Source of the DNA: Acidimicrobiaceae bacterium
GTDB taxonomy: Bacteria; Actinomycetota; Acidimicrobiia; Acidimicrobiales; Ilumatobacteraceae
DNA: 64,000 nucleotides
NCBI GenBank assembly: GCA_947450115.1
Contig: CANFUE010000010.1
Coordinates: 2,101 to 66,100 of the forward strand
Direction: 5' to 3'
The first letter of the stretch is position 1. Each line of letters begins with the position of its first letter. The position numbers and the translations under genes are program-made. Below are positions 1 through 9,950 of this stretch, one piece after another. The notes under the pieces are model-generated. The model was not told the DNA's origin. It did no database searches and saw only the letters and a list, made by a program, of their open reading frames with translations.

Positions 1-488
1 AGGCGGGCACGGTGACCCCCACCCCCTGGCACCACGATGACCCCTATTACGGTGTTGATGGCCTCCAGAACGTCAGCTTGTGGGTTCCCCTTGACCCAGC
101 GCCTGAGACCATTGCCCTGCGCTGTATTCGGGGCAGCCACCGCTGGGGAAAGCGTTATATTCCGCGCAAATTCGTCAATCAAGAGCCGTATATCACAAAT
201 GCACAAGGTTTTGTGGACCTGCCCACCCCAGAAATGCTGGAAAACGACCCCAATTTGGGTATTTTTCCCGCAGAAGTGGGCGATGTTGTGGCTTTCCACT
301 TCCGCACTTTGCACAGTGCGCCGGGGACCGAGCGCCATGGCAGCGGTCGCCGGGTGGTGAGCTTTCGGTACCTCGGTGACGATGCGCGGTGGGCGCACCG
401 GCCATGGACCACCTCGCCACCCTTTCCTGACAATGGTCTGGCCCCCGGTGACAAACTCGATGAAGGCCGTTTCCCCCTCTTGAACTGA
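1..488 (+). CDS. Phytanoyl-CoA dioxygenase (PhyH)-family Fe(II)/2-oxoglutarate oxygenase, 5' end cut by window edge
   Basis: The frame is open back to base 1. It carries HxD (WHHDD) and a distal His (FRTLHSAPG). First two 60-nt lines count 63-65% GC. Confidence 0.65.
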   Translation, partial: AGTVTPTPWHHDDPYYGVDGLQNVSLWVPLDPAPETIALRCIRGSHRWGKRYIPRKFVNQEPYITNAQGFVDLPTPEMLENDPNLGIFPAEVGDVVAFHFRTLHSAPGTERHGSGRRVVSFRYLGDDARWAHRPWTTSPPFPDNGLAPGDKLDEGRFPLLN

Positions 489-627
489 GGGTTTTTACGG
501 GTGGGAGTATGGGTTCCCCCCGATAGAGTTTCCGTCTGCCCTAGGGGAGACCCAACGGCAACTGTTCTACAACCGACGTCTATGTGCGCCCGTCCGGCGG
601 GTACCACATAGCAACAACTGAAATACG

Positions 628-654
628 TGCTCCGCCGGCCTGCCGCGCGGAGCA
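628..654 (+). promoter_or_regulatory. GC-rich stem-loop inside the 232-nt leader upstream of rplC
   Basis: TGCTCCGC (628-635) is the exact reverse complement of GCGGAGCA (647-654) and is followed by TTTG. Function unknown. Confidence 0.25.
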
Positions 655-720
655 TTTGCGTGAATAGACAACTAGAAGTCACAACAACCCACTAATACAA
701 CAACGAAGAGGGCTGCCGTT

Positions 721-1359
721 ATGGCACAAAAAGCGATCGTCGGCGAAAAGGTCGGCATGACACAAGTGTGGGGCGATGACCAGCGCGTCATCCCCGTCAC
801 TGTGCTTCGTGTCGAACCTGCTCGCGTTGTCCAAGTCAAAACAGGTGAGCGCGACGGTTACACCGCCGTGCAAGTTACCTATGGCTCCAAGGACGCAAAG
901 AAATTAACCAAACCAGAAGCTGGGCATTTTGCTTCAGCGGGCGTTGCTCCTGGTCGTCGTGTAGTTGAGTTACGACTCGACTCCATCGATGGCTTTGTCG
1001 TTGGCCAAGAAATTGCCGTCGACACATTGACCGTTGGCGAGCGCGTCGACGTCACTGCAGTGAGCCGCGGTAAAGGTTTTGCCGGTGGTATGAAGCGTCA
1101 CAACTTCGCTGGCCAAGGCGCAAGCCACGGTAACCACAAGCACCACCGTGCCCCAGGCTCAATTGGTTCATGCTCATTTCCTGGTCGCGTTTTCAAAGGT
1201 TTGAAAATGGCTGGTCACATGGGTCACGACCAAGTCACCACTCTCAACTTGGAAGTTGTCCAAGCCGATATGGAGCGTGGTTTGTTGTTGGTAAAGGGTT
1301 CGGTTCCCGGACCAAACGGTGGCGTTGTCATTGTGCGCAACGCAGTGAAGGCGAAGTGA
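721..1359 (+). CDS. rplC: 50S ribosomal protein uL3
   Basis: 212 aa with the GKGFAGGMKRHNFAGQGASHG motif. It heads the conserved L3-L4-L23-L2 order. Confidence 0.97.
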   Translation: MAQKAIVGEKVGMTQVWGDDQRVIPVTVLRVEPARVVQVKTGERDGYTAVQVTYGSKDAKKLTKPEAGHFASAGVAPGRRVVELRLDSIDGFVVGQEIAVDTLTVGERVDVTAVSRGKGFAGGMKRHNFAGQGASHGNHKHHRAPGSIGSCSFPGRVFKGLKMAGHMGHDQVTTLNLEVVQADMERGLLLVKGSVPGPNGGVVIVRNAVKAK

Positions 1360-1363
1360 CGTC

Positions 1364-1984
1364 ATGACAACCATAACTATTAAAAACACTTCAGGTAAAG
1401 ATTCAGGAACAGTTGAACTCGATGCATCAACATTTGGTGTTCAGCCCAACGTTCCCGTCATGCACCAAGTGGTTACCGCTCAGCTTGCACATCGTCGTGC
1501 CGGTACGCAAAGCACCAAAACACGTGCCGAAGTTTCTGGTGGTGGACATAAGCCAGGTAACCAAAAAGGTGGCGGTGGAGCTCGTCAGGGTTCAACCCGT
1601 TCGCCTCATTACAGCGGTGGTGGTATTGCGCTGGGGCCAAAGCCTCGCAAATACACACAACGCACACCGAAAAAAATGGTGCGCCTTGCATTGAAGTCTG
1701 CACTTTCAGATCGCGTTAACACTGAGCGTCTTGTTGTTGTTGACGACTGGGGTTTCTCCGAGCCAAGCACTAAAAAAGCAATCGCAGCTTTAGAAGCACT
1801 CGGTATTACAACGTCAGTTCTTATTGTGGTTGATTCAAAAGAAATTGCAGTAGCAAAAAGCTTCCGCAACTTGTATCACGCACAAGTTATTCAAGTGAAC
1901 GAGCTCAACGCGTACGACGTGTTGTGCAATGAGTGGATCATCTTTTCGAAGGCCACTCTTCCAGTTGAGAAAGCAGCTCAGTGA
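1364..1984 (+). CDS. rplD: 50S ribosomal protein uL4
   Basis: 206 aa with the glycine-rich GGGHKPGNQKGGGGARQGS loop. 4-nt gap after rplC. Confidence 0.95.
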   Translation: MTTITIKNTSGKDSGTVELDASTFGVQPNVPVMHQVVTAQLAHRRAGTQSTKTRAEVSGGGHKPGNQKGGGGARQGSTRSPHYSGGGIALGPKPRKYTQRTPKKMVRLALKSALSDRVNTERLVVVDDWGFSEPSTKKAIAALEALGITTSVLIVVDSKEIAVAKSFRNLYHAQVIQVNELNAYDVLCNEWIIFSKATLPVEKAAQ

Positions 1985-2274
1985 TGAAAGATCCACGCGA
2001 CATCATCTTGAAGCCGATTGTTTCTGAGAAGTCATACGCGCTCATCGAACGTGGCGTATATACCTTCGAAGTTTCACCTGCTGCAAGCAAGCCAGAAATT
2101 CACGATGCAATTGAAGCCATCTGGGGCGTCAAGGTTGCAAAAGTGAACACAATGAACCGTAAGGGCAAAGTACGTCGCACACGTGGTACTAACCGCGTTG
2201 GCGCACGTAAAGATTCAAAGCGCGCAGTCGTCACGCTTGTAGCCGGCAACGAAATTCCGTTGTTCGAGAGCTGA
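1981..2274 (+). CDS. rplW: 50S ribosomal protein uL23
   Basis: 97 aa, in conserved position. GTG 1981 or ATG 1984 overlaps the rplD stop. Confidence 0.93.
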   Translation: MMKDPRDIILKPIVSEKSYALIERGVYTFEVSPAASKPEIHDAIEAIWGVKVAKVNTMNRKGKVRRTRGTNRVGARKDSKRAVVTLVAGNEIPLFES

Positions 2275-2299
2275 TCGTTAGGAACCAAGGAACCACGTC

Positions 2300-3136
2300 A
2301 TGGGAATTCGCAAACGTAAACCAACGAGCGCCGGTCGTCGCTTTCAGACAGTCTCTGATTTCGCAGAAATCACAAAGAGCACTCCTGAAAAGACACTTCT
2401 CGCTCCAAGTCCACGAACTGGTGGACGTAACTCATATGGTCGTAAGACTGCTCGTCACCGCGGTGGCGGCCACAAGCAGCAGTACCGCATTGTCGACTTC
2501 AAGCGCAACAAAGATGCCATTACGGCAAAAGTAGTTGCTATTGAATACGATCCAAACCGCACGTGCCGTATTGCGCTTTTGCATTACGCCGATGGTGAAA
2601 AGGCATACATCTTGGCTCCAAAGGGTCTTGAAGTAGGCCAGCACGTTTCATCTGGTCAAGGTGCAGACATCAAGCCAGGCAATGCAATGCCATTGCGTTA
2701 CATGCCTGTTGGTACCACGGTGCACAACGTTGAATTGCGTCCAGGTCAGGGTGGCAAAATTGCGCGCTCTGCAGGTATGGCAGTTCAGCTTGTTGCAAAG
2801 GAAGGCGAGTTCGCCACTTTGCGTATGCCAAGTACAGAAATGCGTCGCGTACTCATCGATTGCCGCGCCACAGTTGGCGAAGTCGGCAACTCTGAGCACG
2901 AGCTCATCAAAATTGGTAAGGCTGGTCGTAACCGCTGGAAGGGTGTCAAGCCACAAACTCGTGGTGTTGCCATGAACCCAGTCGACCACCCACTTGGTGG
3001 TGGTGAAGGTAAAACTTCTGGTGGTCGTCCTGCCGTGTCGCCTTGGGGTAAGCCCGAGCGTCGTACACGCGACAAGAACAAGCCATCACAGCAACTCATT
3101 GTTCGCCGGCGTCGTTCCGGCAAGGGTCGGAGGTAA
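2300..3136 (+). CDS. rplB: 50S ribosomal protein uL2
   Basis: 278 aa with RHRGGGHK and [13 protein letters not shown] motifs. Confidence 0.97.
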   Translation: MGIRKRKPTSAGRRFQTVSDFAEITKSTPEKTLLAPSPRTGGRNSYGRKTARHRGGGHKQQYRIVDFKRNKDAITAKVVAIEYDPNRTCRIALLHYADGEKAYILAPKGLEVGQHVSSGQGADIKPGNAMPLRYMPVGTTVHNVELRPGQGGKIARSAGMAVQLVAKEGEFATLRMPSTEMRRVLIDCRATVGEVGNSEHELIKIGKAGRNRWKGVKPQTRGVAMNPVDHPLGGGEGKTSGGRPAVSPWGKPERRTRDKNKPSQQLIVRRRRSGKGRR

Positions 3137-3139
3137 TCC

Positions 3140-3421
3140 ATGTCTCGCAGTCTTAAAAAAGGTCCATTCATCGACGAGCACTTGCTCAAGAAGGTCGATG
3201 CAATGAACTCTGAAACAGAGCGTCGTATCATCAAAACTTGGTCACGCCGTTCCACAGTGATCCCCGACATGGTGGGTCACACCATCGGTGTTCATGACGG
3301 ACGCAAGCATGTTCCTGTCTACATCAGCGAATCAATGGTGGGTCACAAACTTGGTGAATTTGCACCAACACGTACTTTCCGTTTCCACGCTGGCCAAGAA
3401 AAGAATGTGAAGGGCAAGTAA
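3140..3421 (+). CDS. rpsS: 30S ribosomal protein uS19
   Basis: 93 aa with [17 protein letters not shown]. Confidence 0.97.
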   Translation: MSRSLKKGPFIDEHLLKKVDAMNSETERRIIKTWSRRSTVIPDMVGHTIGVHDGRKHVPVYISESMVGHKLGEFAPTRTFRFHAGQEKNVKGK

Positions 3422-3978
3422 TGACCGGACCAAAGCTCAATGAGTTCTCGTTCGTAGCAGGCGAGAAAACAGGTACGAAAGCAGTTGCCCGCTGGGTACG
3501 CATGTCGGCCAAAAAAGTTCGCCCAGTGCTCGATCTCATTCGCGAGAAAGATGTGCAATCAGCAGACGAGATCTTGCAATTCACTACTCGTGAAGCCGCA
3601 CATGTTGTGCGCAAGTTGCTTGCCTCTGCTGTAGCGAATGCACAAAACAACGATGATCTCGATCCAGAAATACTTTATGTAAAGGCTTGCTTTGCCGACG
3701 AAGGTCCAACGCTCAAGCGTTTCCGTCCTCGTGCAAAAGGTCGTGCTGGTCGTATCAACAAGCGCACCTGCCACATCACTGTGGTTGTTGCTCAACTTGG
3801 TGAAGATCGTCTTGCAGTCTTGCAAGCAAAAAATGCTGGCCGCGGAGTAGCACCAGCAACTGCGGCACGTCGTGCACGCGTAGAGCGCAGCCGGCAACGT
3901 GCTGCAGCAAGCGCTGCGGCAACAACAGAATCTGACAACACGTCAACTGACGCTCCAGAAACGAACGAGGAGAACTGA
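3421..3978 (+). CDS. rplV: 50S ribosomal protein uL22 with Ala/Arg-rich C-terminal tail
   Basis: 185 aa. The uL22 core is followed by about 55 extra residues ([33 protein letters not shown]...). The ATG overlaps the rpsS stop (TAATG). Confidence 0.93.
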   Translation: MTGPKLNEFSFVAGEKTGTKAVARWVRMSAKKVRPVLDLIREKDVQSADEILQFTTREAAHVVRKLLASAVANAQNNDDLDPEILYVKACFADEGPTLKRFRPRAKGRAGRINKRTCHITVVVAQLGEDRLAVLQAKNAGRGVAPATAARRARVERSRQRAAASAAATTESDNTSTDAPETNEEN

Positions 3979-4862
3979 TGGGCCAGAAGGTCAATCCCTA
4001 CGGCTTCCGTCTCGGTATTACTACCGACTGGAAGAGCCGCTGGTTCAGCACACGCGAATATAAGGAATATCTCACCGAAGACTGGAAAATTCGTGAGTAC
4101 CTTATGGGAGCTTTGTCTGACGGCGCAGTAAGCCGCATTGAAGTAGAGCGGACCCGCGACAAATTGCGTATCGATGTGCACACTGCGCGTCCTGGCATTG
4201 TTATTGGTCGTAAGGGTGCAAAAGCCGATGAGCTGCGCACTGGTCTTACCCGCATTACCGGCAACCAAAAAGTACAACTCAACATTGTGGAAATTAAGAC
4301 GGCGGAACTCGATGCCGCTCTCGTTGCACAAGGTGTTGCCGACCAATTGGTGAACCGCATTGCTTTCCGTCGCGCCATGAAGCGTGCCGTACAAAATGCA
4401 CAGAAGAACGGTGTCCTTGGCATTCGTATTCAGTGCTCTGGTCGTTTGGGTGGCGCTGAAATGAGCCGCACAGAGTGGTACCGCGAAGGCCGTGTTCCTC
4501 TACATACTCTGCGTGCCGACATCGATTACGGCTTCCGTGAAGCTCGTACATCATCTGGTCGTATTGGTATCAAGGTGTGGCTCTACAAGGGAGACATCCT
4601 TCCTTACAAGAGCCAGAACGACGACAAAATTACTCGTGAAGCAGCTATGGCAGTTGGCGAAACTTCGGGTCAGTCACAAGCTGGTCGCAAAGTAGTTTCC
4701 AGTGCTGGGCCAAAGAGCGTTGACGTTCTTGAGCCTGAAGTTGCTCCACTTATTAAAGAAGCAGATCCAGAATTTGAGCGTTTGCTTGCTGAAGAAGAAG
4801 ACATCGAGCGTCGTATCACCGATGCTCACGAGACACCGCACTTCCGCGGCGCGGAGGACTGA
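3978..4862 (+). CDS. rpsC: 30S ribosomal protein uS3 with acidic C-terminal extension
   Basis: 294 aa. [13 protein letters not shown] start and KH-domain region. The start overlaps the rplV stop. Confidence 0.96.
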   Translation: MGQKVNPYGFRLGITTDWKSRWFSTREYKEYLTEDWKIREYLMGALSDGAVSRIEVERTRDKLRIDVHTARPGIVIGRKGAKADELRTGLTRITGNQKVQLNIVEIKTAELDAALVAQGVADQLVNRIAFRRAMKRAVQNAQKNGVLGIRIQCSGRLGGAEMSRTEWYREGRVPLHTLRADIDYGFREARTSSGRIGIKVWLYKGDILPYKSQNDDKITREAAMAVGETSGQSQAGRKVVSSAGPKSVDVLEPEVAPLIKEADPEFERLLAEEEDIERRITDAHETPHFRGAED

Positions 4863-4867
4863 TCATC

Positions 4868-5284
4868 ATGTTGATGCCTCGTAAAGTAAAACACCGCAAA
4901 CACCACCGTGGTCGCACTGGTGGTATGTCAAAGGGTGCAACCGAACTCGCATTTGGCGAATACGGTATTCAAGCTCTCGAGCCAGGTTGGTTAACCGCTC
5001 GTCAAATTGAAGCTGCTCGTATTGCCATGACCCGTCACATCAAGCGTGGTGGCAAAGTGTGGATCAACGTTTTCCCTGACAAGCCTGTCACGAAGAAGCC
5101 TGCGGAAACTCGCATGGGTTCAGGAAAAGGTAACCCAGAATTTTGGGTTGCTGTTGTGAAGCCAGGCCGCATTCTTTTTGAATTGTCTTACCCATCAGAG
5201 ACAACCGCTCGTGAAGCACTCGAACGTGCTGTACAGAAGTTGCCCATCAAGGCACGCATTATTACGCGTGAGGAGCCAATCTGA
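4868..5284 (+). CDS. rplP: 50S ribosomal protein uL16
   Basis: 138 aa with [15 protein letters not shown] start. Confidence 0.96.
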   Translation: MLMPRKVKHRKHHRGRTGGMSKGATELAFGEYGIQALEPGWLTARQIEAARIAMTRHIKRGGKVWINVFPDKPVTKKPAETRMGSGKGNPEFWVAVVKPGRILFELSYPSETTAREALERAVQKLPIKARIITREEPI

Positions 5285-5286
5285 TC

Positions 5287-5505
5287 ATGGCAAATAAAAT
5301 TAATGACCTTCTCGAACTCGACCTTGCAGGGTTGGTACAAGAGCTGCGCGCTTCAAAACAAGAAGCACTCAACTTGCGTTTCCGCAATGCCACTGGTCAG
5401 CTCGACAAAACAAGCGAACTCCGTAAAGTTCGCCGGCACATCGCCCGACTCAACATGCTCATTCGTCAGCGCGAAATTGCTGCCGCGAGCGGAGCAGGGA
5501 AGTAA
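5287..5505 (+). CDS. rpmC: 50S ribosomal protein uL29
   Basis: 72 aa, helical, in conserved position between rplP and rpsQ. Confidence 0.9.
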   Translation: MANKINDLLELDLAGLVQELRASKQEALNLRFRNATGQLDKTSELRKVRRHIARLNMLIRQREIAAASGAGK

Positions 5506-5513
5506 GGGAAACT

Positions 5514-5786
5514 ATGACTGTAGAAACTGTCGCAGAACGTAACGCGCGCAAAGTACGCGAAGGCGTTGTCGTGTCCAACAAAATGGACAAGACAGCGGTT
5601 ATCGCCGTCATTGAACGCGTTCGTCACCCGAAGTACGCAAAGTTCGTACTTCGCACCAAGAAGCTCTATGCACACGATGAAACCAATGACGTGAATATTG
5701 GCGACCGTGTTCGTGTCATGGAAATTCGTCCTTTGTCCAAGCAGAAGCGCTGGCGCGTTATTGAAGTTTTGGAGCGTGCAAAGTGA
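5514..5786 (+). CDS. rpsQ: 30S ribosomal protein uS17
   Basis: 90 aa with [16 protein letters not shown] and HPKY motifs. Confidence 0.93.
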   Translation: MTVETVAERNARKVREGVVVSNKMDKTAVIAVIERVRHPKYAKFVLRTKKLYAHDETNDVNIGDRVRVMEIRPLSKQKRWRVIEVLERAK

Positions 5787-6151
5787 TTCAGCAAGAGTCT
5801 CGACTTCGTGTTGCCGACAACAGTGGCGCACGTGAAGTTCTCGTTATCAAAGTGCTCGGCGGTACTCGTCGTCGTTACGCATCTATTGGTGACGTTTTTA
5901 TCGGAACCGTGAAAGACGCCATCCCTGGTGCTGGCGTCAAAAAAGGTGAAGTAGTTCGTTGTGTAGTAGTACGCACGAAAAAAGAAAAGCGCCGTCCAGA
6001 CGGCAGTTACATTCGTTTCGACGAAAACGCAGCAGTGCTTATTAAAGAAGATCTCACACCACGTGGAACACGTATTTTTGGCCCTGTTGGCCGTGAACTT
6101 CGCGATAAGAAATTCATGCGTATCGTTTCCCTGGCACCGGAGGTGCTCTAA
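5783..6151 (+). CDS. rplN: 50S ribosomal protein uL14
   Basis: 122 aa with [21 protein letters not shown] overlap with rpsQ. Confidence 0.97.
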   Translation: MIQQESRLRVADNSGAREVLVIKVLGGTRRRYASIGDVFIGTVKDAIPGAGVKKGEVVRCVVVRTKKEKRRPDGSYIRFDENAAVLIKEDLTPRGTRIFGPVGRELRDKKFMRIVSLAPEVL

Positions 6152-6454
6152 ATGAAACTGAAAAAAGGCGACACCATCGTTGTCATCGCTGGTAAAAACA
6201 AAGGTGAACAAGGAGAAATCCAGGCTGTTCTTCCTAAGTTGAACAAAGTGCTCATTGGTGGTCTCAATATCGCTAAGCGTCACACTAAAGCTCGTGCTGC
6301 AAACCAGCAGGGTGGAATCATCGACAAGGAAGTTCCTGTTGATGCTTCAAACGTGATGCTTGTACATAAAGGTAAGCCAACCCGAGTGGGTTACAAAATT
6401 AAAGCCGATGGCACCAAAGTGCGTATCGCTAAGACAACTGGTGAGGAGATCTGA
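6152..6454 (+). CDS. rplX: 50S ribosomal protein uL24
   Basis: 100 aa with KOW motif [18 protein letters not shown]. Confidence 0.95.
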   Translation: MKLKKGDTIVVIAGKNKGEQGEIQAVLPKLNKVLIGGLNIAKRHTKARAANQQGGIIDKEVPVDASNVMLVHKGKPTRVGYKIKADGTKVRIAKTTGEEI

Positions 6455-7083
6455 TGACTACATCTACGTCCCCCCGTTTGAAGTTGAAGTATCAGGGCGA
6501 AATCAAATCAGCTCTGCAAACTCAGCTTGAAATCAAAAATGTGATGCAAGTACCAACGCTCGAGAAGATCGTGATCAACATGGGTGTTGGTCGCGCTACT
6601 CAGCAGCCATCGTTGCTCGAAGGCGCTGTTGCTGACCTCACAAAAATCAGTGGACAAAAACCAATTGTGACCAAGTCAAAGATCTCCATTGCGCAATTCA
6701 AGTTGCGTGAAGATCAGGCCATTGGTTGCAAGGTCACACTTCGCGGCGACCGTATGTGGGAATTCTTCGACCGTCTCGTGTCGGTAGCAATTCCTCGCAT
6801 CCGCGACTTCCGTGGACTGCCAGCTCATTCATGGGATGGCCGCGGTAACTACACCTTTGGTCTCGCTGAACAAATCATGTTCCCCGAAATCGAATACGAC
6901 AAGATCGATGCTCCACACGGAATGGACATCACCATTGTCACCACCGCCACCTCCGATGAGGCAGGCAAAGCACTACTCGATGCATTCGGTTTTCCGTTCA
7001 AGCGTGGCAAGGACGCTGGTCCTAAGCCGAAAAAAGTCGTTCGTCGTCGTGGTCCTGGTGGCCCCGGCAAGGGCAAGAAGTAA
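6454..7083 (+). CDS. rplE: 50S ribosomal protein uL5 with basic Gly/Lys-rich tail
   Basis: 209 aa. uL5 core plus the tail [27 protein letters not shown]. Confidence 0.95.
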   Translation: MTTSTSPRLKLKYQGEIKSALQTQLEIKNVMQVPTLEKIVINMGVGRATQQPSLLEGAVADLTKISGQKPIVTKSKISIAQFKLREDQAIGCKVTLRGDRMWEFFDRLVSVAIPRIRDFRGLPAHSWDGRGNYTFGLAEQIMFPEIEYDKIDAPHGMDITIVTTATSDEAGKALLDAFGFPFKRGKDAGPKPKKVVRRRGPGGPGKGKK

Positions 7084-7102
7084 TTAGAGGGCAAATACAA
7101 CA

Positions 7103-7288
7103 ATGGCAAAAAAATCATTGATCAATAAGGCAAACGCCAAGCCCAAGTACAAAGTACGGGGCTATACACGCTGCAAGCGTTGTGGTCGTGCTCGTGCAGT
7201 ATTCCGGAAGTTCGGTTTATGCCGTCTCTGCTTGCGTGAACTTGTTCATGCAGGTGAAGTACCAGGTGTAACGAAGGCGAGTTGGTGA
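7103..7288 (+). CDS. rpsN: 30S ribosomal protein uS14, zinc-binding type Z
   Basis: 61 aa with two CxxC pairs (CKRCGR...CRLC). Confidence 0.95.
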   Translation: MAKKSLINKANAKPKYKVRGYTRCKRCGRARAVFRKFGLCRLCLRELVHAGEVPGVTKASW

Positions 7289-7297
7289 GGTAACACT

Positions 7298-7699
7298 ATG
7301 ATGACTGACCCAATCGCCGACATGCTGACACGCATCCGCAATGCCAATACGGCAATGCATGATGAAGTGATCATGCCGTCTTCCAAACAAAAGCGTGCTC
7401 TTGCTGAAGTGCTGAAAAAAGAGGGGTATATCGAGAGCTTCTCGATCGCACCTGCTCGCAAAGGCCCAGGCCAAGAACTCACCGTCATCTTGAAGTACTC
7501 AGACGACCGCCATCGCACCATTTCTGGTTTGAAGCGCGTGTCAACTCCTGGTCTTCGCGTTTATCGCAATGCCACTTCGGTTCCCCGCGTTTTGGGTGGC
7601 CTTGGTGTTGCTGTCCTATCCACTAGTCAAGGGCTCATGACTGACCGCGAAGCGCGTAAGCGCAAAGTGGGCGGCGAAGTGCTCTGCTTCGTTTGGTGA
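7298..7699 (+). CDS. rpsH: 30S ribosomal protein uS8
   Basis: 133 aa with [15 protein letters not shown] start. Confidence 0.96.
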   Translation: MMTDPIADMLTRIRNANTAMHDEVIMPSSKQKRALAEVLKKEGYIESFSIAPARKGPGQELTVILKYSDDRHRTISGLKRVSTPGLRVYRNATSVPRVLGGLGVAVLSTSQGLMTDREARKRKVGGEVLCFVW

Positions 7700-7714
7700 T
7701 TAAGGAGATTCATC

Positions 7715-8257
7715 ATGTCACGTATCGGTAAATCTCCCATCGCCATCCCTAGTGGTGTCGAAGTCACTATTGCGCAAGGCAATGTCACAGTAAAAGGTTC
7801 AAAGGGAACACTCTCGCGACCCATTCCTGGTGCCATTATCGTGCGCAAAGAAGAGTCAACTATTTTTGTAGAGCGTCCAAATGACGAGCGCGACAACCGT
7901 GCACTTCATGGTCTCACTCGCACACTTGTTGCCAACATGGTTGAAGGTGTAACAACAGGGTTCGTTAAGGAATTGGAAATTGTGGGCGTGGGTTACCGCG
8001 CAGAACCACAAGGAGCAAACAAGTTGCGTCTTGCACTTGGTTTTTCTCACCCCGTTCTCATTGACGCTCCCGAGGGAATCACCTTCGAAGTTCCCGTGCC
8101 AACACGAGTCATCGTGAAAGGCATAAACAAAGAAGTTGTCGGCCAAGTTGCTGCCAACATCCGTTCCATTCGCAAGCCTGAGCCTTACAAAGGTAAGGGC
8201 GTTCGTTATGTCGGCGAGCGGGTCATCCGCAAAGCTGGCAAAGCCGGAAAGAAGTAA
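7715..8257 (+). CDS. rplF: 50S ribosomal protein uL6
   Basis: 180 aa with [15 protein letters not shown] start. Confidence 0.96.
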   Translation: MSRIGKSPIAIPSGVEVTIAQGNVTVKGSKGTLSRPIPGAIIVRKEESTIFVERPNDERDNRALHGLTRTLVANMVEGVTTGFVKELEIVGVGYRAEPQGANKLRLALGFSHPVLIDAPEGITFEVPVPTRVIVKGINKEVVGQVAANIRSIRKPEPYKGKGVRYVGERVIRKAGKAGKK

Positions 8258-8269
8258 GGAGACCGCATT

Positions 8270-8638
8270 ATGGGAAACGTTGGACAACAGCGCCGCGAAT
8301 CACGCCTGCGTCGTCACCGTCGCGTACGCAAAAAGGTCTACGGAACTGCCGAGCGTCCTCGCTTGGCTGTTCATCGCAGCAACAAAAACATTACGGTGCA
8401 ACTCATCGACGACGATCTTGGTCGTACTGTTGCGTCGGCATCATCAACTGAACCATCAGTTCGCGGTTCGGAAACTGGCGCCAATGTCAGTGCAGCAACT
8501 CGTGTTGGCCAGGTAGTGGCAGAACGCGCAAAAGCCGCTGGTGTGAGCAAAGTTGTATATGACCGTGGTGGCTACAAGTATCACGGACGAGTCGCAGCGG
8601 TTGCTGAAGCAGCACGCGCAGCAGGGTTGGAGTTCTAA
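8270..8638 (+). CDS. rplR: 50S ribosomal protein uL18
   Basis: 122 aa with a C-terminal [12 protein letters not shown] motif. Confidence 0.95.
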   Translation: MGNVGQQRRESRLRRHRRVRKKVYGTAERPRLAVHRSNKNITVQLIDDDLGRTVASASSTEPSVRGSETGANVSAATRVGQVVAERAKAAGVSKVVYDRGGYKYHGRVAAVAEAARAAGLEF

Positions 8639-9225
8639 TGAGCAATGTCACATATAACAATTCCAATAACAATTCCCCAGCAGCTGTTGAGCCCGGTGGT
8701 TTGCGTGAATCACGCGTCATCACCATCAACCGTGTTGCCAAGGTTGTGAAGGGTGGACGTCGCTTTTCCTTTACTGCACTTGTTGTAGTAGGAGACGGCA
8801 ACGGCCGTGTAGGTCTTGGCTATGGCAAGGCAAAAGAAGTTCCACTTGCAATTCAAAAAGGAACAGAAGAAGCAAAGAAGAATCTTTTCGATGTTGCTCT
8901 TGCTGGTTCCACCATCACTCACCCAGTTATTGGCGTGATGGGAGCAGGACGTGTTCTTTTGAAGCCAGCAACACCTGGTACTGGTGTTATTGCCGGCGGT
9001 GCTGCTCGAATCATCTTGGAAGAAGCAGGCATTCACGACGTACTTGCAAAGTCATTGGGTTCAGCAAACGCCATTAACGTTGCTCGCGCCACCATTCAGG
9101 GTTTGCAAGCTTTGCAACGCCCCGATGTTGTTGCTGCACGTCGTGGTCTTCTTGCTGAAGACTTTGTTCCAAAGGGAATGTTGCGCGCTTATAACGAGCG
9201 TCGTGCTTCAGGAGGGGCTCACTAG
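8638..9225 (+). CDS. rpsE: 30S ribosomal protein uS5
   Basis: 195 aa with [16 protein letters not shown]. Has an Asn-rich N-terminal extension. Confidence 0.95.
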   Translation: MSNVTYNNSNNNSPAAVEPGGLRESRVITINRVAKVVKGGRRFSFTALVVVGDGNGRVGLGYGKAKEVPLAIQKGTEEAKKNLFDVALAGSTITHPVIGVMGAGRVLLKPATPGTGVIAGGAARIILEEAGIHDVLAKSLGSANAINVARATIQGLQALQRPDVVAARRGLLAEDFVPKGMLRAYNERRASGGAH

Positions 9226-9227
9226 TC

Positions 9228-9413
9228 ATGTCCGAAAAAACCATCACCGTTACACAAATTCGTTCCAAAATTGGAGCAAAGCCAAAGACCGTGGGCACAT
9301 TGCGTGCACTTGGCCTTGGTCGTATTGGCAACACCAATACCTTGCCTGATCGCCCCGAAATTCGTGGCATGATTGCACGTGTTCCACACCTCATTGAAGT
9401 GAAGGAGAACTAA
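9228..9413 (+). CDS. rpmD: 50S ribosomal protein uL30
   Basis: 61 aa, in conserved position after rpsE. Confidence 0.93.
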   Translation: MSEKTITVTQIRSKIGAKPKTVGTLRALGLGRIGNTNTLPDRPEIRGMIARVPHLIEVKEN

Positions 9414-9416
9414 GCC

Positions 9417-9905
9417 ATGCGCGTCGATGAACTCGCTCCGGCCCCAGGGTCAAATAAACGTCGCAAACGCGTAGCTCGCGGTATTGGTGGTCGTGGCGGT
9501 AAAACTGCCGGCCGCGGTACCAAGGGTCAATATGCACGTAACACGGTTGCTCGTGGTTTTGAAGGTGGACAAATGCCTTTGAAGCAACGCGTTCCAAAGT
9601 TGAAGGGCTTTAATAACCCTTTCCGCGTGGAATATTACGCTGTGAATCTTGATGCTTTGAATGAACTCACTGAAACCGATGTCACCCCAGCAATTATGGT
9701 GGCCGGCGGTGCAGCGCATAAAGGCCAAGCAGTGAAGATTCTCGCTCGTGGTCAAATCACACGTGCGGTGAATGTGCATGCACATGCTGTTTCTAAAGCA
9801 GCTGAAGCAGCAATTGTTGCTGCTGGTGGCACTGTCACTATTTTGCCTCCGTCATACAAAGGTGTGCGTCCGCCTGCCAAGGGCAACCAATTCACTAACC
9901 GTTAA
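9417..9905 (+). CDS. rplO: 50S ribosomal protein uL15
   Basis: 162 aa with GRGGKTAGRGTKGQ motif. Confidence 0.95.
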   Translation: MRVDELAPAPGSNKRRKRVARGIGGRGGKTAGRGTKGQYARNTVARGFEGGQMPLKQRVPKLKGFNNPFRVEYYAVNLDALNELTETDVTPAIMVAGGAAHKGQAVKILARGQITRAVNVHAHAVSKAAEAAIVAAGGTVTILPPSYKGVRPPAKGNQFTNR

Positions 9906-9950
9906 AAGTTTCTTCGTTACCATCTTTCAACAAGGCTTAAAGGAGCGTCC

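Noticed and set aside
179-682. 167-aa minus-strand ORF spanning the PhyH 3' end and the rplC leader
   Set aside because: It is antisense to a recognisable gene in a 63-65% GC tract, where long spurious ORFs are expected. It has Arg/Ser/Pro-rich low-complexity composition and no motif.
3792-4394. 200-aa minus-strand ORF. Similar long antisense ORFs lie at 5666-6283, 17203-18051, 29783-30358 and 30566-31198.
   Set aside because: All lie antisense to highly conserved genes (rpsC, rplN/rplX, rplM/rpsI, maf, groES/groEL). They have odd composition (Cys/His/Thr-rich or Ser/Ala/Thr-rich) and no start-site signals.
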